This document shows, one piece after another, positions 19,601-28,600 of a stretch of DNA of 42,793 nucleotides. The translations under genes were made by a program, and so were the position numbers. The DNA is from a virus (taxonomy: Duplodnaviria; Caudoviricetes). The notes below the pieces were generated by a model that was given only the letters and a program-made list of their open reading frames with translations, made no database searches and was not told where the DNA came from. Within the stretch, counting starts at the first letter, position 1; each line of letters starts with the position of its first letter. The DNA lies in IMG/VR virus record IMGVR_UViG_3300005077_000629, positions 1 to 42,793 of that record; one strand, given 5' to 3'.

Positions 19601-22600
19601 ATTTCCAGTGGGTAATGCTGCAGCTTCCACTGTTTCAACGCCTTCATTTCTTCTTTCACGGACATCTTTCACCTCCGAATATCGTGCGTGTGAACCGTCC
19701 TCAGACAAGCTCTTGACCAGGCTTATGTACTCAGCCCAGTCTTTTGGAGCATTGTCTCCCCAGGCTTCAATAGCGGGTAAAGCATCATCGGGTGCCTTTG
19801 TCTTATCGACAACCAGAAGGATTGACCCGACAGTTGTTCCTCGTGCATCGTATGCACCTTCAGGACTTTCGATAATTGCACGTACATGGAAGTTGTCATT
19901 TAGCCACGTCCTGAAACTTGAACCTGCCGGGCTTATCTCTCCTGTGCTCCTGTTTCTAGTGTATACAAGGTTTGTTGGAAATACGCTAACAACACGACCG
20001 CCATCCACAACCCTGTGGTTTGTAAGATAGTAAAACCGCTGTGACCAGTCATTCGGCTTCAGTGTTTTTTGAATACCGTCCGCATCACGGTAGGTTATAT
20101 TGACAGGATCACCGTACTTCCCTGACTTATAAGAACCCCACGGAGGATTGTGAACGATAACGGTTGCTTCAGCGGGAATTATTTTCCCATCCTCAGTGAA
20201 GTTGAACTCAGCCTTCAGGACATCGTACTTTGTTGGCTGATATCCCATTGACTCTAGTACAGCACGCCTTCCCTCGTCCAGTTCATTTACCTTTATTACA
20301 ACGTTCTCTGTGCCGTACAGTGGATCGACAAGGTTTGCCGTGCCAGCTTCCGGCTCCATGATCACATCACCGGGACGAACGTCTGCAGCATAGGCTGATG
20401 CCAGGCTGATCGGGAACGGTGTAGAGAACTGCTGCAGTGATGTCTTTTGAAGTGTTCGCCTGGCCGTAATCAGGCTGTCCTCATATCGCTGCGCAACTGC
20501 CATTCTTTCTTCAAACGTGGCCGATGGATTGTTCTCTCTCCACTTCCTGTATGCCATCGACACGCCACCTTCAAGCGCATCATACATGCGGCTTACATCG
20601 GTGTCGTTTTCCATGTCGAACCCGAGTGATGTTGCAAGCGTTTCAAACTCTGTACGATCAAGAGATTCTTGCGCTTCCCACTTGGCTGCAATACGTTTTG
20701 TAAGAACACGGATTTTCGCTGCTTCTCTGTCTGGAAAGTCGCCAAGGTCCGGTGGGCGTTCAACCGGTGCTTCCTTCCTGGCGTCAGGCATGATGGGGGC
20801 TGACCCCATTTCCATGGTTACGTTATTCGCACGCAAACCATTATCGAACACCAGCCTTACATCTACCGGAATATCTCCATAGATATTCTGGAAGGCGAGC
20901 ATCCTGTTTCTACCTTCATGCTGTGTATTATTCCAGACCTTGTTCTTACCATCCCAGGCAACGAATAAGACAGGATTGGCAAATACCTTTCCTTCTCTCA
21001 TTGCACTTTCAATACCCTCGCTTGTGCTATGAGAAACTTCAGGAACATAGGACAGATATTCGGACGGCTTCATCTTCCTATTCATGCCGTAAGCATTGCC
21101 TATCTGAAGTGGAATAGACCCGATGCCATCAGGAGAGAATATACCCTCCGGTCCTATGGCTTCCCCTCCAGGTGTATCTGTCTCTATCGGAGGAACCGCA
21201 AGCAATTCGCCTTCATAACCACGTTCACGCATGAGTTCCTGGAACGTATCGTATACCAGATCAGATACACTTTCTTTTCCGATCATGTCATACAATTGAG
21301 CATCGTTGTATCCACCGCCAAACGCATCTGAGTATTCTTCCCACCGGGTAATAGCTTCTATTATGCCGACGATGTTCCTCACGCCTTCCTGGTCAACCAG
21401 GTGCGCTATCTGTGATTTCAGAATTCGTTTAGCGTTATTTGCTGCATCATCTGCTGCAGCAGCAATCGGATCGTCTGCTGCTTTTCTTTCAGCAATCTTT
21501 CTTTCTATTCTTCCAAGCATCTCAGCATGAAGTCTATTAGACTCATCTGTTCCACGTGGTGCCCCATCATATAACCAATATAGTTCTGCATCTGGAATAT
21601 GGGACAGGCTGCCTTTCTTTTGAGCCTGTGATTCTGCTTCAGATGTCCAATAGAAAGGCTTCCTGGTTAGGTCCAGGTTATTGTCCATTGCTTGCTGTAC
21701 GTTGTAACGCTGCGGTTCGAGCCATCCCTTCCCTTCGTTGTCGCGGAACACGGCATTAATTGCGTCAAATAGGTAGTAAACCTTCTGTACTCTTGGATCG
21801 TCCTCTTTTATCGGTCCAAGCTGACCAAGATCATCAAATCCTTCCTCCATCAGCCTGTACAAATCACGGTACAACTCTTTCTTTGCGCCGTCTACATTGA
21901 CAAGATCATGCACATATCTGTATGCCCACTGTGAGGTAAGGAACGGATATTCCATCATGACTTCAAATGGAACCTCTTTATCAGCAAAGACTGCTTTCCG
22001 AACCTCCATGTAATGTTTTGTCTCTGCATCACGAACGTCACGCCCGGTAAGCAGTTCTCTATCAACGTATTCTTTCCTGGTCATTCGCCAGGTCTCACGT
22101 GTGTCAGGTTCCTGCGTCCTGGTAGGGACAGTTGTGCTTTCAACAGGGGTTGCTTCTGTTTCATTCACAAGCTCAGCATCATAACCTGCTGCTTCCCGTA
22201 AACTTGCCATCAAGTCCTGGGGTGTACTATCTTCCACTGGTGCAGGGCGCAATACTTCTTGGAGAACGGTCATTTTTGTCCCGTTATCAAGAGCAATTGT
22301 GTAGAACCTGGAAGGGTTCATTCTTCCACCCGTGTGTGTATCTTCAATTACACCGACATAGGTTTCCCCCATATATCGGAACGATACTCTCTTTCCACGC
22401 CACTCATGCTTCCAAGATTCTAACCATCCATTCCAACTTTGAAACTCTGCAGTTGTGATCGGTTCTCCAACCGAAACGGTGTTTTCTATGACTCCGATGT
22501 CTGAACCATTCAGCACAACATTCTTGTCTTTTATTATCGCCTTATACTTGTTGTCAGGAAGCACCTCTGTTATTACTGCCGTGCCAGTACCGGCATATTG

Positions 22601-25600
22601 TCCTTTGCGTATACTCACAACAGTTGGTGGTGATATTCTGGATGCAAGGATGTTTGAAGGAATGGTAATGTCATAACTTACGCCTGCTTCAGGTGCCCTT
22701 CCCATGATCATTGCAACACGCTGCGTTCCAACATAGAAGTTCAGCATGGTCCTGGTTGACTTTGTGTCTGAACTTATATATGTAGATATTACCGGGACAG
22801 CCTCCGGGAAAAGATGCCTGACCAAGTTGTAATAATTCCTATCAAGTAAAACTTTTCTACCGGTTCCAGACACGCTTAGTTCTACGGCTATGTTGTCCTG
22901 TGAACTTATCTTTATGGTGTCCGCAAGTTCCAGGTCATGATGATAAACACTGTCGTAGGCGTCCAGACTCATCTTTACCCGGGGCGAATTGTCAACCTCC
23001 CTTTTCAGTCTATTGAGTGCAGCTACCTTGAACATCTTTTTATCAAGATTATCTATCATATATGTGCGGTCTACACCGCCGCCGATAACCATTCTTCCGG
23101 TTACAAACAGCCTCTCGCCGCCTGACGTTACCTCTCCAAACGATTGTCCCCATATATCTTTGCCTGGATATGAAGTTGATGGGATAACGGGTAATGCGGA
23201 CGTTACCCCTCCAAGTCCTTTAAGATCACGCTTGTGATAATCCTGGTAGTGCATTAAGAAACGCATGACATCATCATACATAGCCTTGTCGTCAGGATTT
23301 ATTCCAGCGACATCAGCGTATGTCTTTAGCTTATTCATCGCTTCCAATACGGTATTCTGATCGGTACCATCAAAGTAGTCAGACGATCCAAGTTTTGTTC
23401 TACGATCCAGGTCACCTATGTATCTGTAGAATTCCTTTTGCTTCTGCTTTGCAGCATCTTTTGCAGGGTCAATAGAGTAAGTTGGTGTTTGCTGAAGGTT
23501 CCTAACTGCATCATCATAGACATACTCATATATCTTCCCGTTTGTCGTTGTTTTCATGTCAGGGGAATTTGCTGTGATCAGCCACATTGTATTGAATACG
23601 TCTTTGATATCTGCATCAGCAACAAGTTCAGTGAACGAACTGATGCCCTTTTGTGCAGCCCTGGACATGAATTCACGGAACGCATTTTCAGCGTGGCCGC
23701 CCTCCCCGGTATAATACGGTAATGACCGGAATATTTCATCCGCTTTCTCAACCGTGAAATCACTAGGTGTTTTTAGTACCATGTCTTTGTGAAGATCAGC
23801 CATATAAGTAATACGTGCATCCCTGTCTGTCTGCACAATTCCAAGTCCCTGGCCTGACCTTGTACGTATATCAATGATCAGCCGTATCTTTTCGGCAATA
23901 ACCTGAGCCTCGCCAAGGGTCATTTCCGGGTGGGTTCTGTGAATTGTTCGTGCCATGTCAGAGTCAGGAGGTGACGTTATGGTTGCCGCCAATACCTGAT
24001 GAACTGTATTGTACGGGTTGGCCAGGGAAACGCCATCAACCATTGTTATTTCCATGACCTGTTTCGTAAGATCGAAATACATTTGCAGTCGTGCGTTTTG
24101 TTTTCGATATGACATTCTCAATGCTTCGTATGCTGATTGCACATCTTTCGGCAATGCAGGATAGAAGTTGTCATACGAACCACCCGGATTACTCCGTATA
24201 ATTTTCCTGATTGTTTCCACAACATTTACTGTTGGATCAAGATGGTATGGAAGATAACTATGATACACAGTAGCAACGTCTGCTGCTATGTCCCCAGTTC
24301 CTTTGAAGTTCAGGTCTATCAAAGTATCGCCAGTGGCAAACTTCTGTGTTTGTCTTATTGAATTGCCCTTCTGGATGTTGTCCCAAACATTCTGTATAAG
24401 ACCATTCGGCGGCGTCTTATCACCGTAGAAAAGACTGATGATCCTGGAAACATCGTTAAGAGTAAGCCCCTCTTTGAAATGTGCGAACCTGGAATTCAGA
24501 TCACCCTCGAAAAGATCGTCCGTAATAGGACGCAGACCGAGCTTATCAACTAATTCTTGAACACCCGTTTCGGGCATCTCTGATGCAAGTTTATTCTCAA
24601 CAGGAACATACGGTTCTTCTTCAGCAGCTTTCATAGCTGCCTTTGCCGCTGCCTCACGAATATCGTCAATTGTCGGTACTGCAGCCGTATCTGCTGCAGG
24701 TTTTTTATCTGCAGGCTTTTTACTTTCCACCCTCTCATTAAATAACTGTCCCGCTTCTGCCGCTGAAATCAACCCCTCTTTGATTGCATTGGCTACGGAT
24801 AACTTCTCCCAGTTCCCATCCGGGTAGTTCAAAACGATATCTTCTTTGAGAAAAGTTCTGTAATCTGCAGTTACATTTTTTACTTTTACGTTGTCTGGCA
24901 AAACCTTTTCTACTGCCAGCCTGGTAATCTCACCTATATTCTCTGGCCTGGAAGCAACGACGTCTGTTCTTTCCTGTGCACGCTGCCGGATCACATCATT
25001 AAGTACAACTATCTGTTCTGGTGTAGCCTTGCTGTAATCAACAGATAGTTGACGGATCATGCCAATCTTGCCATTAAATTCTTTCGGCTCTTGATCAATT
25101 CCAGCCTTGTATCTTGCGGCACGATCAAATTCCTGCCGACTTTTATAACGAGCCTGCTTCAATGCTTCCCTATCAAGTCCAGGAATAGTATCTACCCATT
25201 CATCGCCAGTAAAATACTCTCCACTTTCTTTAAGTTCATTGTCATGCTTGTCGATTGCTTGTTCAATAGCTTCTCGTTCTGGACCCGGATTGTTCCGTGA
25301 TTCACGATATGCTTCTATGTCAAGTTTTTCAGCATCTATGGCTGCCTTCCTCGCCTGTTCTGCTGCAGCCAATTCTGCAGCCCTGGCTTCAATTGCCGCA
25401 GCCTTTGACGTTTCTTTATCAACAATACGCAGATCAAGTCGTCTTACGGCATCCGCTATCTGCTCAGCAGACAGATTGTTGATGTCCTTTGTGTTGAATT
25501 CCTTTTGAAGCCAATTTAATACATGCGCAAAGTGATTGAATTCGGCACGTTCTGCACGGTTCCAGAATTCAGCGAACCGCTCATCGAACAACAGTTTTTG

Positions 25601-28600
25601 TGGAACACCTGCTATCGTTGTTCTGTCTGCAAGTTCTTTCGCTATTCGTTCCTGGACTTCATTCTCATGTACCGCTGCATCCCTGGCTTTCTTGCCATCG
25701 CTATCAACCCGGGAAGCATAGGCTTCACGCTCAGCAACGGACTGCTTGTATGCTTCCAGGTAGGGACGCATTTCATTCAGCCGATCCATTGTCGGATAAT
25801 TGAAGTCGTCTACTGTAAGAGGTTTTCCTTCGCCAGCTTCAATGAACTTGTTTATTTCCCCCATTTTTCCAAGGAAACCTGACAGCTTATCCATTCCATA
25901 CTGCTTCAGCAATGTATCCCGCAGTTTCACAAGCTCTGGTGGAGGCGGCACCTTCCGTACTTCAGGTGCACCAGCCTGCCGTGCTTCACTTGTCGCCTGG
26001 CGTTGCGCATCCTTCAGGCTCATTCCACTATCCACAAGTTCCTGGACCCTGGACTTTGACACTTCTACTTCTGCTGTCTCTATCGGTACGCTTGCACCCT
26101 TGTCTGATGGTCCTTCCTGGGGACCAGTTGGTTCTTCTGGTACAGGAGCAGCACCTTCTGCAGGAGGTTCTTCTCCACCTGGTTTTCCCTCGATGTTCTG
26201 CCGTACTTCAGGGACAACCTGCCGCACGGCTTCCATGTTCATGTGCTCGAATTCAGCAATCATCGGAAGATATTCATTATTGATGAATTCGTACCAGGCT
26301 TTGCGCCTTTCCGATCCAGGCTTACCAACAAGTGACGACCTGAATGAAACCATGCGGTTACGCATATCACGCCTGAACTGCATGATGTTCTCACGGTGCA
26401 TCATAAGATTATCTGCTGCCGCTTTACCACCCTGTTTCTTTACCCAGGACACAGCAGCCTTATCAACTGCTTCCTGCAACTTGAAAGCACTTTCCGAGTA
26501 GTCACGATACATGTCATTGAGTGTTGCTTCCAGGCTTGTCCAGGCTGCCAGTCCTTCTTCATGTGTCTCATACTCAGTATTGAAATGCTCTCTCTTTGCA
26601 GCATCAGACTTTTTGAAGAATGTGTCCCACTCTCTGTGCATCTTCTCTATGTTAGAGATGAATGATGCAGGCGGTTCAAGTCCACCTTCACGCAGCCCTG
26701 TGAGTATTCCTTCATACGTGGCCAGTTGATAGGCACGCAATCGCTGTGCATCCCTGTTCGCATTGGCTGACCTTGCAGCAAAGATGGCATTACGTGCACC
26801 TTTTGAACTGGCACGGTCTCCCATCTCATACGTCTCAGCCCATTTGATAAAGTGATCATTCCACCAAACAAGCTCACGCATAGATACTTCATCGAACAGG
26901 CCGACTATCTGATCAAGTGCATCACCCATCCGTGGAGAATCTGTATCCCCTGGAATAACTGACGCTACTCGTTGCGCTGCTTCCGCAGCCCGTGCCTTCG
27001 CTTCCGTTGCAGCAAGTTCGTCCAGGTGATCCTGGACCCTGGCTTCAAGCTCGTCGAATACACGTATCTTTTCATCAGGTGTAAGGTCGTCATTCCACCG
27101 TTCTGAAAGAAAGTCCATTACACCAGCAGTCCCGAGCAAATCACCAAGACGATCAGCCGGAATACCTACCTCTTGTGCAACCTCTGGAAGGAATGAATCA
27201 ACGTTCCTGGATAACGTACCGAACAGCCGTGCTTCCATGTCACGCTGGTTCATGCCCCCCTCAATGATGCCATACACCATACCAGGAAGGTCCGGGTCAA
27301 TATTCCGCAGCGTGTTTTCCAGGTGAGGCGGCATTGCATCAAACCCTACACCACGCCTCCATAGCTGCCGCCACATTCGCTGTGTTGACGTTGTGAACGC
27401 CCGGCGTGATTGCCATTTCTCAACTTCCCTCGAAAACTTCATGAATACGCCAACCTTGTCATTCGTTTGGCGTATCTTTCTTCCAATTTCACCGAGTGCA
27501 CCAGCATCTTCCTGCTGCGCTGCTCGTATCTTCATTTCAGCAGCGGTGCCAAGGTCGGAACCAATGTCTGCAGCACCAAGCCCTGCTTCATATCTGTACG
27601 GCTGAATACCGAACTTATCCCAAAAGCCCTGCAGTCGTTCCGGTGACCACATGCCCCAGGTCCCGGCCAATGCCATGGTTACTTCACCATTGATAAAGTT
27701 ATTGACAAAGTATGTAGGGTTCATGCCAAGCAGCACAAGAGATTGTGCAGCTTTGATTGTGTTCGCAAGCCTGTAGATGCCTGGCTCTTTCTTTATACCG
27801 AACTCTTTTATTCCCCACTCCGCAGTATGATCAAGCAATGATGCCATAAGCTGAGCAGCAAACTCATGCGGATGATAAGGCGCACCAGTCTCAGTGAATA
27901 CCTTGTGCATGTCTGCAAGTGCCTGTGGGGTAAACTCTCCACGGCTTGCGGCTGCTATTATATCTTCAGCGTGTGCGTGCCCGGACTGCTGAACCCGATC
28001 CATGAAACGATTAAAGATTGCATCGGTATCGTCTATTCCGCTGCTTATCGCAGCGAGAATTTCATCAGGCGTATCACCGAGAACTTCAGCAAGCGTCATG
28101 AGTATGCGCCTGTTTGTCTCAGTCATGTGCCATATATCCAGGTGTTCATCAGCAACACGACTTACAAAGTCACGTATAGCACTGGATGCCAGGTATCCTT
28201 CCGGGGAACCAAGGCTTGCCTGGGAATACTCCGCAGCAGCTTCAAGTGGAGTATTACCCCAGGTCTTTAGTCGCTGCACCATTGCTTCAGGGTTATCACG
28301 ATCCGTATACAAAAGAACCTGTGCATTGTCAGACACTATTCCAAGTATCGTTTTCAACCTGGATGCAGGTGTCATTTCAAACATCAGGTTTATCCAGTCG
28401 CCAACGAACGGGATAGTGCCTATGAACTTTCTTCCAAGTTCTCCGAGCACAGGACCACCGCTTCTTACCTGGCCATCCTTTGTCACACCTGCCATGAACC
28501 TGGTGAACGCCCCGGCATGACTTAGGTCTGCAACGGTAAGGCCTGTCTGTCCTGTGCGCAGCATGACTTTGTACAGTTCAAGCCCTTGTGCAAGGCCATG

